This document shows positions 25,079-38,626 of a stretch of 64,000 bases of DNA, in pieces. Below the pieces are notes generated by a model, which ran no database searches, was not told the origin of the DNA, and saw nothing but the letters and a program-made list of their open reading frames with translations. The translations under genes were made by a program, and so were the position numbers. The DNA lies in the NCBI RefSeq assembly GCF_006345805.1, contig NC_042999.1, positions 58,714,001-58,778,000 of the forward strand, in the 5' to 3' direction. This DNA is from Octopus sinensis (lineage: Eukaryota). Positions within the stretch are counted from its first letter, which is position 1; each line of letters opens with the position of its first letter.

Positions 25079-25662
25079 TGTATTTGTAAATATAATTGTA
25101 TATTCGTTTATATGTATCTATATGAGTATGTGTATATATATATGTATATATCTGTGTATATATATATATGTGTATATGTATATGTGTGTATATATGTATG
25201 TATATATGTATATATATGTATGTATGTATATATATGTATGTATATGTACGCATGTATGTATATATGTATGTATATATGTACATACATATATATGTGTATG
25301 TATAAATACATGTATATATATACTTGTATGTATGTATATATGTCTGTATATATGTATGCATGTATATGTATGTATATATGTATGCATGTATATGTATGTA
25401 TATATGTATATATGTCTGTATATATGTCTGCATATATATGTATCTATCTATATCTATATATATATATATATGTATATATGTATACATATGTATATATATA
25501 TAGGTATATATATATGCATATGTATGTATATATATATATGTATGTTTATATATATGTATATATATACATACGTATACATATACATATATTTACGTATATG
25601 TATATATATATGTATATGTATGTATATATATATATGTATATGTATGTATATATATATATGTA

Positions 25663-25698
<36 letters not shown>

Positions 25699-25742
25699 GT
25701 ATATATGTATGTATTTGTATGTATATTTGAATGTAGGTCTTA

Positions 25743-25785
<43 letters not shown>

Positions 25786-26060
25786 CAGGTCTTATAAATA
25801 TATATATATATATATAGATGTATTATAAATATAAATATACCTGCATTATAAATATATATATGTATACATATATTATAAATATATATGTATACATGTATTA
25901 GAAATATATTTACATATACACGTAATTACGTAGGTATATCCGTACATGTAGATACACACAAACACCACACACACACACACACATACACACACACACACAA
26001 TAATATATATATAATATACATTTACGTACGCACACACTCACATACACATACTTGTACATT
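25079..26060. repeat. Long compound TA/TATG/CA microsatellite
   Basis: Read directly; explains the Y/I/M-rich ORFs. Confidence 0.95.
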
Positions 26061-27309
26061 TATATGCATCTATATAAGAGCGTGTGTAATGTTTTTCCCT
26101 GTATTGCTCCAACCATTTATTTTCAGAATTATATTAATTTATTTGCATCTATTGCGCATCTGTGACTCTATCTAATGACTTCTTAATATGCGCGTTTATG
26201 AATAGCCCTATGTGCTTATACATGAATAAATATGTTTGCCTGATTGCATGTGTATGTACTCGTGTGCGCATGCGTGCGTGTTATACTCTTTTTTTTTTAC
26301 GTACGTATTCGTACCTGAACAATTATACGATTGAATATGGATGTATATTTGTGTGTGTGTGTGTCTGTGTGTATGTACGGTCTTATTTGCGCTTCCACAA
26401 ATACAAGAGTGTATGGGAATATTGTTCCGCCTTCTTAATAAAAATACCCATATCTATACATTCTTATATTTTCTATTACTTCTTATTCCTTCATATTCAA
26501 TAACCATTAACGTAATTTCGAATATATATGCATTCACCACTGTTTCCCGTTCTTTTGTGTATAAAGAAGCGTATGTATGCTTACAGTTTTCACAGAATTA
26601 TGTGTTAGGTTGCAATTCGTATGGTGTAAGTGTGTTTTGTATATATAATTATTACTGTTCATGATATATCACGATTATTCAATACACTTCTACTTTATTT
26701 CTCCTTCACCGCTAGACAATTTTCTGCCCAATCTCAGGTTTCTCTTGTAATTCCCCATACATTGGTCGGATAATTGCTTACATAACTCTCTTTTCTTCGA
26801 TAAGTATTTATGTTGTCAAACTGCTCCAGGGTCCAAACTTTGGTATATTCTGCAGCTCTTGTTTGTTTCTACTAACTAAATGAAGATTTCATTTATTTAT
26901 TTATATGTTTATTTATTTATTTCTCCCCCCACCCCATAATTATCTCTTCGCTTGATTTGCTACAATAATGACAGGAATTGTATTTACAATGGATGGAGAT
27001 ATCGGAGGATAGGAAAATACGGCACATGACTAGTCATATTTAGTTTCAAAGAAACGTGTTCAAGTTTCCGTATTCATCGAAATTGTCAACGATGACAAAT
27101 TGGCAAATTCGCGAGTGAGTCGGACACGATTACTAACATAATTGTGCCGGCGTTTTACGTTCAAATCGAGCCGAGGGCAACATTATGTTGCAGACATCTG
27201 GAATCGATGGAATTAAGTGCCTCTTAAGTAATGCGGGCGATTTAATCACTTAATTCCTTCTATCACATTCTTGGCCAGTTCTTTGTGTTTAGAAATTATT
27301 TCACTGGTG

Positions 27310-27540
27310 GATTTGCAGGGCTGTCTAGCAAGATCGTGAGCACGTCGGGCAAAATGCTTGGCGGCATATTGTCCGTCTTTATGTACTGAGTTCAAATTCT
27401 GTCGAGGTCAACTTTGCCTTTCATTTTTTTGGGAGGGGGGGTTGATAAAATGAGTAGCAGTTGAACCCTGGAGTCAATGTAATCGACTTACCCACTCCAT
27501 CGAACTTGCTGACCTTATGCCAAAATTTGAAATCGATATT
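27310..27540 (+). mobile_element. SINE family B, diverged
   Basis: gagttcaaattctgtcgaggtcaactttgcctttcat...gtcaatgtaatcgactta. Confidence 0.7.
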
Positions 27541-27952
27541 CCATTACGTCACTTTCTTCATACTAATTACACGAGGTCAACTTTATATTCTGGCGATGTT
27601 TAAATAAAGTACCTGTTAAGTAGGTGTGTATGTGTGCATGTAGAAATATATATTTGTTTGCCTATCTATATTTTCAGTGAGTAGGGTATTTTATTTAGGA
27701 GAAAGTTCATAAGGCCTCTTAATTACTCTTTTACTCTTTTATTTGTTTCAGTCATTTGACTGCGGCCATGCTAGAGCACCGCCTTTAGTCGAACAAATCG
27801 ACCCCAGGACTTATTATTTGTAGGCCTAGTACTTATTCTATCGGACACTTTTGCCGAACCGCTAAGTTACGGGGACGCAAACACACCAGCATTGGTTGTC
27901 AAGCGATGTTGGGGGCACACACACATAAACACACACACATACACACACACAT

Positions 27953-27986
<34 letters not shown>

Positions 27987-28034
27987 TATATATGTTATAT
28001 ATATATTATATATAATATATGTAATATATATATG

Positions 28035-28071
<37 letters not shown>

Positions 28072-28093
28072 GTATATATAATATATGTATATA

Positions 28094-30440
28094 TGGTATG
28101 AGAGAGTTAGTTGAGACGCAGCCATTAGAAAATACCACAGGCCTATCCAGTCTAAACTTCCATAAGGCAAACTGGAAGAAGATCAACGAAGAGATCCGAA
28201 AACATGACTGGAGTGACTTCATCACCACACAAGAGACCAACACACATTTCCAACCATTTCATGACAACATACAGAACATATGCCATAAGTTTGTCCGGAG
28301 AAAAAAGCCAGCGGGCATAGGAACGTTATTCCCAGAGACAGGAAAATACTTATGAGGCGAAGAGCTAAGCTCTCGAAGCAACTGAATGCACGGCAGAGAA
28401 ACAATAAGGGACTCCACCTGAAACTTTTTGAAACGGAACTGCACTCAAACTTTCCTATGAGAAGAGAGGGCAGAGAGAGAAGCCAGGGCCATAGAGAATA
28501 TTAAAACAAACCCTAAGCTTTCTTTAAATTTGCGAAAGAAACCACCTCGGTACACTGCAAGATTGGCCCACTCTTTGATAAAAAGGGCTTTCTAACTGAG
28601 GACCCCCAAGGGATAAGTGAAATACTAAAGGAACAGTATAAAAGTGTGTTCACATCCCCTCTGGGGCACATGCAAATCACAAACCCAGAAGTTTTCTTTG
28701 ATGCCACAACACTCCAAAACCAAACAACAACCATCGACCACATAGACATAACAGAGAGGGATGTAATATCTGCCATAGAAAAATGAGAATAAACTCAGCT
28801 GCTGGACCAGATGGATTCCCCCAGCATCCTCCTAAAAACATGCAGGCATGCCCTAGCGGGACCACTGAAGATGCTCTTCAGGTGTTCCTTGGCTAACGGT
28901 AAACTGCCCAGGGCGCTAAAAGAAGGCACCATATGCCCTATCCACAAAGGAGGGAGTAGAGCAGAGGCCAAAAACTACAGGCCAGTCTCCCTGACGTCAC
29001 ACATAAGTAAGGTCATGGAACGAATCATCAGAAAAAAACTGATCACGTTCCTCGAAGAACTAACCGTCTCACTGACACACAGCATGCATGCTTTCGCCCA
29101 GGAAGAAGCTGCCTTACGCAGCTGTTACAACACTACGACTGGGTACTGAAACAACTACTGGATCGCTCACAGGTGGATGTGGTATATCTCGACTTTGCGA
29201 AGGCCTTTGACAAAGTCGACCACGGAGTGATATGTCACAAATTACTCAGACTCGGCATAACAGGAAAAGTAGGTGAGTGGATACATGACTTCCTGAAGGA
29301 CAGAAGCCAGATGGTTGCAGCCAATGGAGCCCTCTCGGGAAAGACACCAATAGCAAGCGGGGTGCCCCAGGGCACAGTCTTGGGACCCTTGCTGTTTTTG
29401 GTGGCGCTCTCTGACATGCCTTGGTAGCACAAACAACATCCCTCACTAGCTATGCTGATGACACAAAGGTAGCACAGGCAATTAAAAACCCAGCTGATGC
29501 TGACCTTTTACAACAAGATCTGGATGCCATATACAAATGGGCTGAAGAAAACAACATGCAATTTAATGCTGGTAAATTTCAAGCCTTACAATATCAAGCT
29601 GTAAACACATATACATTACAACACAACTATACTGGTCCAGGAGGGATCGAAATCCCAGTATCGAAATCAATACGGGACCTGGATAGACATGAGTGACGAT
29701 GCATCTTTTTCTTCACACATCGCGAAGGTGGCGACAATGTGCAGACGACTCACTGGCTGGATCCTGAGGACATTCCGGACAAGAGACTGCGAGACCATGT
29801 TGACACTATGGAGGACATTTGTCCTAAGCCGCCTAGACTACTGCTCCCAACTGTGGTCACCGCATAGTGTCAAACTAACCACAGAGCTTGAGACAATCAA
29901 AGACATTTCACCAAGAGGATTTCCACCATGAAAGAAAAAACTATTGGGAGAGGCTTAGGGAACTCAATTTGTACTCCTTGGAACGAAGACGAGAGAGATA
30001 TGCAGTGATATACATATGGAAAATCCTGGAGGGACTAGCACCAAATTTTGGAATTGAGAGCTGTTCCAATCCCCGTACAGGTCGTCACTGTGTGGTGCCA
30101 AAGGTCCCGTCTTCCACATCCAGGGTAAGGAGCAGATACTGTAATAGCCTGGGGTTCAGGGGCCCTCAGCTGTTCAACAAACTGCCAAGAAAACTAAGAG
30201 ATCTACATGATGCGGATGTGGACATTTTCAAAAAACATCTAGACAAGCTGCTTTCCGGGATCCCAGATGAACCCACTGCAAGGTACGAAGGTAACCTAAG
30301 GGCAGCAGCTACAAACTCTCTCTTAGATCAGTGGCCAGCCACGGCAAACTGGACTTAGAGAGGGTAGCAACAAGGGCGGTGCCCCAGCATGGCCTCAGCC
30401 GGATGGCTGAAACAAGTAAAAGAGTAAAAGAGTAAAAGAG
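28094..30440 (+). mobile_element. CR1-clade LINE, 5'-truncated, copy 1 (ORF2 RT, frameshifted)
   Basis: [80 protein letters not shown]. Tail (gtaaaaga)n. Confidence 0.92.
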
Positions 30441-30730
30441 TATATATATGTGTATATATATATATGTATATATATATATGTATATATATATATGTATATA
30501 TATATGTATATATATATATGTTATATAATATATGTATATATATATGTATATGTATATATATATGTATATATATATGTATAATATATATATGTATATATAT
30601 GTATATATATTGTATATATATATGTATAATATTGTATATATATGTATTATATGTATATATATATATGTATATATATGTATATATATATGTATATATATAT
30701 ATGTATAATATATATTATAATATATATGTA

Positions 30731-30763
<33 letters not shown>

Positions 30764-31231
30764 ATATATATATATGTATATATATATATGTAATAATATA
30801 TTATGTATATATGTATATATATTATATGTATATATATATTATATATATATATGTAATATATATATATATGTATATATATATTATATATATATGTATATAT
30901 ATATATGTATATATATTGTATATATATATATGTATATATATATGTATGTATATATATTATATATATATATGTATATATATATATGTATAATATATATGTG
31001 TATATATATATGTATATATATATATGTATATATATATGTATATATATATATGTATATATATATATGTATATATATATGTATATATATAATATATATATAT
31101 ATGTAATATATATATGTATATATATATGTGTATATATATATGTAATATATATATGTATATATTATATATATGTGTATATATATATGTGTATATATATATA
31201 TGTAATATATATATGTATATATATATATATG

Positions 31232-31263
<32 letters not shown>

Positions 31264-31322
31264 AGTATATATGTTTGTATATATATGTATATATATGTTT
31301 GTATATATATGTATATATATGT
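30441..31322. repeat. Long imperfect (TA)n/(TATG) microsatellite
   Basis: Read directly from the sequence. Confidence 0.95.
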
Positions 31323-33310
31323 ATTCCCTGGAATGACATCACTTGAACAGAGACAGACAGAGTCCTTGTTGGCTCTCACACGCAAGTTTTTCATGGAACA
31401 AGCAGTGCTTCGGCCAACAAGAGGTGAGAATGTCTTGGACCTCTGTTTCACAAGCAACCCGATGCTCATCCACAACATAATGGTAACACCAACAATTCTC
31501 TCAGATCACAACTTAGTAGAGGTAATGATATATGCTATGAGAGAGTTAGTTGAGACGCAGCATTAGAAAATACCACAGGCCTATCCAGTCTAAACTTCCA
31601 TAAGGCAAACTGGAAGAAGATCAACGAAGAGATCCGAAAACATGACTGGAGTGACTTCATCACCACACAAGACACCAACACACATTTCCAACATTTCATG
31701 ACAACAATACAGAACATATGCCATAAGTTTGTCCCGGAGAAAAAAGCCAGCGGGCATAGGAACGTTATTCCCAGAGACAGGAAAATACTTATGAGGCGAA
31801 GAGCTAAGCTCTCGAAGCAACTGAATGCACGGCAGAGAAACAATGAGGGACTCCACCTGAAACTTTTTGCTCCCTGACGTCACACATAAGTAAGGTCATG
31901 GAACGAATCATCAGAAAAAACTGATCACGTTCCTCGAAGAAACTAACCGTCTCACTGACACACAGCATGGCTTTCGCCCAGGAAGAAGCTGCCTTACGCA
32001 GCTGTTACAACACTACGACTGGGTACTGAAACAACTACTGGATCGCTCACAGGTGGATGTGGTATATCTCGACTTTGCGAAGGCCTTTGACAAGTCGACC
32101 ACGGAGTGATATTCACAATTACTCAGACTCGGCATAACAGAAAAGTAGGTGAGTGGATACATGACTTCCTGAAGGACAGAAGCCAGATGGTTGCAGCCAA
32201 TGGAGCCCTCTCGGGAAAGACACCAATAGCAAGCGGGGGGTGCCACAGGGCACAGTCTTGGGACCCTTGCTGTTTTTGGTGGCGCTCTCTGACATGCCCT
32301 TGGTAGCACAAACAACATCCCTCACTAGCTATGCTGAGACACCAAGGTAGCACAGGCAATAAAAAACCCAGCTGATGCTGACCTTTTACAACAAGATCGG
32401 ATGCCATATAACAAATGGGCTGAAGACAACAACATGCAATTTAATGCTGGTAAATTTCAAGCCTTACAATATCAGCTGTAAACACTATACATTACAACAC
32501 ACTATACTGGTCCAGGAGGGGGATCGAATCCCAGTATCGAAATCAATAAGGGACCTGGGGATAGACATGAGTGACGATGCATCTTTTTCTTCTTCACATC
32601 GCGAAGGTGGCGACATGTGCAGACGACTCACTGGCTGGATCCTGAGGACATTCCGGACAAGAGACTGCGAGACCATGTTGACACTATGGAGGACATTTGT
32701 CCTAAGCCGCCTGGACTACTGCTCCCAACTGTGGTCACCGCATAGTGTCAAACTAACCACAGAGCTTGAGACAATCCAAAGACATTTCACCAAGAGGATT
32801 TCCACCATGAAAGAAAAGAACTATTAGAGAGGCTTAGGGAACTCAATTTGTACTCCTTGGAACGAAGACGAGAGAGATATGCAGTGATATACATATGGAA
32901 AATCCTGGAGGGACTAGCACCAAATTTTGGAATGAGAGCTGTTCCAATCCCCGTACAGGACGTCACTGTGTGGTGCCAAAGGTCCCGTCTTCCACATCCA
33001 GGGTAAGGAGCAGATACTGTATAGCTGGGGTTCAGGGGCCCTCAGCTGTTCCACCAACTGCCAAGAAAACTAAGAGATCTACATGATGCGGATGTGGACA
33101 TTTTCAAAAAACATCTAGACAAGCTGCTTTCCGGGATCCCAGATGAACCCACTGCAAGGTACGAAGGTAACCTAAGGGCAGCAGCTACAAAACTCTCTCT
33201 TAGATCAGTGGCCAGCCACGGCAAACTGGACTTAGAGAGGTAGCAACAAGGGCGTTGCCCCAGCATGGCCTCAGCCGGATGGCTGAAACAATTAAGTAAA
33301 ATAGTAAAAG
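31323..33310 (+). mobile_element. CR1-clade LINE copy 2: about 210 bp extra 5' sequence, 556-bp internal deletion, many indels
   Basis: Extra 5' peptide [41 protein letters not shown] (endonuclease C-terminal SDH motif). Junction aactttttg|ctccctgacg removes the equivalent of 28431-28986. Confidence 0.9.
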
Positions 33311-33645
33311 ATATATTATATATATATATGTATATATATGTATATATATATGTATATATATATATTATGTATATATATATGTATATATATGTATATATAT
33401 ATGTATATATATATATGTATATATATATGTATATATATGTATATATGTATATATATGTATATATATTATGTATGTATATATATGTATATATATGTATATA
33501 TATGTATATAATATATATGTATATATATATTATATATATATTATAATAATATATGTATATATATATATATGTATATATATATGTATGTATATATAATGTA
33601 TATATATATATATATGTATATATATATGTATATATATACATATAT
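33311..33645. repeat. Imperfect (TA)n microsatellite
   Basis: Read directly from the sequence. Confidence 0.95.
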
Positions 33646-34029
33646 ACGACGGGCTTCTTTCAGTTTCCGTCTTTCAAATCCACTCACAGGGCTTTGGTTG
33701 GCCCGAGGCTATGGCATAAGACATTTGCCCAAGGTGCCATACAGTGGGAATGAACCCTGAACCATGTTGTTGTATCTATCTTTTTCCTCTTATATTGTTC
33801 CAAAATTCTTTCCAATTTTTTAAAAATATTAAATAGTCTAAGTTATTATACACCTCGTGACCCTAGATCCTAATTGCCACCTTTAGAATTTATTTTGAGC
33901 TCTTTTGTTTTCAAATTTACTCCCCTTTTATTTGATAATCTGAATATGTACTAGCCAACCCCGTCCTTCCTCCTTTTGGTTATCATCTCTTCTCCATCAG
34001 TCATTCTTTTACTAGCAACTCTGAGACAT

Positions 34030-34432
34030 CCTTTTATTTAAATAAAGCTAGACATGAATGGAAGCACTCCGTCGGTTCCGACGACGAGGGTTCCGGTTGA
34101 TCCGATCAACGGAACAGCCTGCTCGTGAAATTAACGTGTAAGTGGCTGAGCACTCCACAGACACGTGTACCCTTAACGTAGTTCTCGGGGATATTCAGCG
34201 TGACACAGAGAGTGACAAGGCCGGCCCTTAAATACAACAGAACAGGAAGAAAGATGAGAGGAAGGTTGTGGTGAAAGAGTACAGCAGGGATCACCACCAC
34301 CCCTGCCGGAGCCTCGTGGAGCTTTAGGTGTTTTCGCTCAATAAACACTCACAACGCCCGGTCTGGGAATCGAAACCGCGATCCTACGACCGCGAGTCCG
34401 CTGCCCTAACCACTGGGCCATTGCGCCCCCAC
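34030..34432 (-). mobile_element. tRNA-head SINE family C, complete and young-looking
   Basis: Reverse head ggggcgcaatggcccagtggttagggcagcggactcgcggtcgtaggatcgcggtttcgattcccagacc with A and B boxes. aaagctagacat occurs at both ends (TSD-like). Confidence 0.88.
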
Positions 34433-34943
34433 AAAAAGCTAGACATATGGTTCCACTAAAATAAGGGTCGGGGAGAGTATTTGATAGTAGTAAATTTATC
34501 ACCATGAACTGGAACTCAAGTGTTAATTCACAGTGGATTTCACTGTAAACCGTTGTAGACTATATGCTGCATAAAATCTGATGACTAAAATAAGGATAGA
34601 CATCAATTAACTACCTCACCATTCCTTTTCCTTCACCCGCATTATTTTCATCTTTTACTCTCAAAATTATTCTAGGGTTTAGATAAACATTTTTCCCTAA
34701 AGTCATTCTGCCACAAACATAGCAAAAGAAAAAGTGTAATTATTTTGGTTTCTAATACTGATGTAAATTGTGCTAAAAAATGGTTTATCCATTATGTTGG
34801 ACATCTATATGGTCGCTTGCGTCTGAGGAGAACGGTTTCTTACAAAGTGATGTAATTTTTTCATTGATTGATTAAATGGAGCCACTTGAAAGGGCCGTAA
34901 TGAAATGATACTTGGACATTCTTGCTACTAATCTGCTTTATAT

Positions 34944-35014
<71 letters not shown>

Positions 35015-35144
35015 TTGGTTGTGGTGTGTGTGTGTGTTGTGTGTGTGTGTGATATGTGTGTGTGTGGTGGTGTATGTGAATATATGTGTTTGTGAGTATA
35101 TGTGTGTATATATATGTGTATATAATATATATGTATATATTTTT

Positions 35145-35372
35145 CTTATTGCCCACAGGAGTATAAACATAGAGGAGACAAACAAGGACAGACGAAGGGA
35201 TTAAGTCAATTACATCTCCCCAGTGCGTTACTGATACCTATTTAATCTATCCCGAAAGGATGAAAGGCAAAGTCGAACTCGGCGGAAATTGAACTCAGAA
35301 CGCAACGGCAGACGAAATTCCGCTAAGCATTTCGCCCGGAGTGCTAAAAGGTTCTGCCAGCTCATCGCCCTC
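35145..35372 (-). mobile_element. SINE family B, complete
   Basis: tttcttattgcccacagg...gaaaggatgaaaggcaaagtcgaactcggcgg...ctgccagctcatcgcc. Confidence 0.85.
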
Positions 35373-35405
35373 CTATATATATATATATATATATAATATA
35401 TATAT

Positions 35406-35438
<33 letters not shown>

Positions 35439-35789
35439 CATATATATATATATATATATATGTTTTTATTGCTGCTATTAATTTCATGTGATGAGAACAT
35501 GCCATACAGTATTTTGGACACGTCTAGTGTATCAACACAATGGTCAGACACAGCCCACAAAGTACAACACAAATATACATACTGAAGACGGTAAAGGGAA
35601 TTACATCCCTAAACTAGAAATCGATCTCTAGTTAAACCATTTAAAAAAAAAACTTTTATGTTCATTTCTCACGCTGTCAGCCCGTGCCAATATGGTAAGT
35701 AATTCTTAGAGCCATTTGGCGTCTATTTCTAGCATATGGCGCTATTCATTAGTGAACATTTTTTCAACCAATATAACCCTCTTTATTTA

Positions 35790-36075
35790 TTCTCTACTTA
35801 TTATTTCTTTACCCCTTCTTTTCCTATGGTCTGCCTTTGACGTCAGATCTACAAACGTTTTTTTTTAAATACTTAATAGCGCTCTGCTTATCATTTATGC
35901 AGTCATCAAAATTGTTATAATGTCTTGTTGAGATATGTTCTCTTTCTTTCCTGAGGAGAAGATAACATTATTTTACACCGTTTATTCCTTTGAAATGAAA
36001 CCAATGTTGTCTTCGAAACATATGTCGAAAGTAAAAGAACTTGAATAACACCTGCGTTCAACTCCATTTATTTAC
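35790..36075 (+). mobile_element. HHR-bearing repeat (Penelope pLTR-like), homologous to 51200-51480
   Basis: Shared blocks tgacgt...acg(t/c)ttttt, atgtctt(g/a)ttga, tttattcctttg, acctgcgtt(c/a)aactcca. Confidence 0.7.
35946..36031 (+). ncRNA. Type I hammerhead ribozyme, complete core, long loop II
   Basis: CUUUC CUGAGGA GAAGAUAACAU...AUGUUGUCUUC GAAAC auau GUC^GAAAG. Stem I 5 bp, stem II 11 bp, palindromic ACAUAUGU. Confidence 0.88.
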
Positions 36076-36231
36076 TTATACTATACAAATTACAGCACAT
36101 TAACCCGGAGTTTCTACCTTTGAATAGGTCGCTATATCCTTGTTACTTGCGTGAATTTTGCTACCCTGGTAACTGTTTATTGAATTTTCCGTGTTATATA
36201 TATATATATATATATATAAACACACATATAG

Positions 36232-36740
36232 AGAGTGTCCCAAAAATTTGGCATCAATTGAGATGTCCATATCGGAGTGACTATATGGTCAAGAGGAATG
36301 AAACAAAATTCCAGTAGTCTGTTTCGAACGGCTTCTGTTATTTGAGACTGTTTTTTTTTATGAACCTGCTCAATGTCTTCTTCTCAGGACACAGTTAATT
36401 CTTATACGATCGCTTCTTTGGTGGAATCTGAGATGACTGTATCTGAGTGGAATGTTGCCGTTATCGTGTGCCTCAGGAACTTAAATTGTTTAACAAGTTT
36501 TCAAGTGCCTGCCTGGATTTGTGGAAAGTAGGCAAAACGGTGATTTTTTTTTTTAGTGAAGTGGGCGCCCCTATAGCTTTAAGAAAAATCATGGTTTCCT
36601 TCTTGGGATGGTGTTTACTGGACTGAAAGGCTGTTATGACCACGTCCGATTACATGTTCAACTCCAGCAACAATATTGATTCAGGCTCTGTGGCATTTGC
36701 TTAAGCATTGTTGAAGGGAACCTCGACAAATAAACAAGGG
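36232..36740 (-). pseudogene. Decayed Tc1/mariner-like transposase remnant
   Basis: TIR-like agagtgtcccaaaaat; weak QDGAP-like (ggggcgcccact) and P.YSP-like traces. Confidence 0.35.
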
Positions 36741-37084
36741 ACAGGAAGTAGCACAATCTTGCTCCATGTTTGAAACCTTGTCACACTAAGTAAGATGACG
36801 TAAACATCCTAGATAAGGAAACTGATGGTGTAAATGTTATCCCGTTAGACATCCATACATGTTCTACAGCATATTATATATTGATCCACTTTGCCTCAGT
36901 CGCCATCGTCTTTGGATCCGACTAATCTGTTAATCATTGCTTCCTATAAACTTGCACATCTGCATGAACGTCTTGGAGATGTCTTTCCTTTCATTTGAAA
37001 ATAACACAAACATCTATAGAACTCTCTAATCATGTAAAACTTTCGAGAATTTTAGCGTATAAGTACAGATGTACATGTCTAGAC

Positions 37085-37250
37085 ATCTCTTATATAAAAT
37101 CCGTTCTGTCTGTGTGTCTTCTCAGATCTCGGGCATCCTCCATCTGATTGCGCTCAAATTTGATATGTAGATATTGACGGTATCAGGGCGTGTATAACTC
37201 TTGAAAAATTTACAAAAATCGATTTCAGGTGAGAATGCGATCGATAAAGC
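37085..37250 (+). mobile_element. Possible Helitron/Helentron-like non-autonomous element start
   Basis: tctcttatataaaa...tgtctgtgtgtc...ctcaaatttgatatgtagat resembles HINE/DINE-like 5' ends. No 3' end was identified. Confidence 0.25.
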
Positions 37251-37946
37251 CGTTTTTGTCCTGCTTTTCTTCCGTCAACCTGTACATAACTCCACCTTCC
37301 ATTTTTTATTGTTTTTGTACTGCTTAAAGGCACGTTTCTTTCCTGCCAAGCTTACTGTTTAAACCATGTTTGTGTTCTCCAAGTGAACGGCCTTATCATT
37401 ACTGGTACTTTAAACTCTTCGATTGCATATTTGAGTGAATAAAATCGTTTTTTTTTTTAGAATAGAAAAAAGTCTATCTTTATTTATTCTTTTGCTGGTG
37501 TCTCCAATTCAGGTTAAATCAGTATTTCTCAAAGGGGAGGCCTATGGGACGGTCGGACAATTTGTTTTGAGAAAATTTGGTTTAAATGTTTAACAACTCA
37601 GCACGGTCCATTGGACGGGGTTCGTTTTGCTCGTGCTATTATATATATGAACATACATACCTAAAGCAAGGCGTACAGATCTGCACATTCATTGACACCA
37701 ACTACACATATACACACATACACATGCACAACTAATCTGCTGACGTTGAAACCTCAATGAAACAGATTTGAGTCTGTTAGAAATCGGCACTTTCGCCATT
37801 GATCAGAAATGTATAAATGAAACAAAATAATAACCTACATACATATGTAAGTAATTATATACAATATACACACATTTATGTATGTAATTATATACTCTCA
37901 TATACGTACATACATACATACGTAGGTATAAACACACACACAGTTT

Positions 37947-37986
<40 letters not shown>

Positions 37987-38242
37987 GTATATACACACAG
38001 ACATATCATATATCTGTGTGTGTATATACACGTGTGTATGTATTAAAGGCAAGTGTGAAGTTATAGCATGAAGAAATAACTCCGGCGTTGTTAGGACATC
38101 ATCAGAGAATGATTACATAGTTTCTATCGATTTTCTCAATATTCCTCTCTCTGACGAAGGTCAAATTTTTGAGACGCTACGCTAGGTACTTCATGCTGCA
38201 CGTCAACTGATTTGATCGAACGTTTATACAAGCTCAGCGATA

Positions 38243-38244
38243 AC

Positions 38245-38292
<48 letters not shown>
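38243..38292. repeat. (AAT)n microsatellite
   Basis: Read directly from the sequence. Confidence 0.95.
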
Positions 38293-38293
<1 letters not shown>

Positions 38294-38593
38294 TCTATGT
38301 TTGTATTTGTTTAAATAATAGGCAATAATATATACCTTCATATCTAGAGAATATAAACTAAACTTCCACATGTAAATATGATGTTACTGTATTATATATA
38401 TGTTACACGTATGCAGTTTGCGTATATAAAGATATACGGATATGAATAGACTTGAACACGCCAATGAGACAAGAGTATATTTATGGGTAAAATTGAAAGT
38501 CTTTAAGCATGAGTGTATATACGCAAGCACATACATACATACACAAATTCTTTCCTCTCTCTCTGTAAATATATAAATGTATATGCGTGTATT

Positions 38594-38626
<33 letters not shown>

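Larger units (their letters stand above)
27725..33770 (-). mobile_element. SINE family A split by a 5.7-kb insertion in its internal microsatellite
   Basis: Tail and body at 27725-27920 and head at 33645-33770 are in the same orientation and the correct order around the CR1 pair. Confidence 0.7.

Noticed and set aside
22814-33760. Many long Y/I/M/C/V/H/T-rich ORFs (for example 25112-25828, 238 aa), and similar ORFs throughout the window
   Set aside because: They are translations of TA, TG and TATG microsatellites that happen to lack stops.
34340-34432. tRNA-like sequences here and at 56340-56410 and 17450-17525
   Set aside because: They have A and B boxes but no proper acceptor stem and continue into SINE bodies, so they are SINE heads rather than tRNA genes.
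35575-35635. CUGAAGA...GAAAUCGAUC hammerhead-like string
   Set aside because: No stem I complementarity, and stem II is not adjacent to the core.
38145-38185. CUGACGA motif
   Set aside because: No GAAA or pairing stems follow it.
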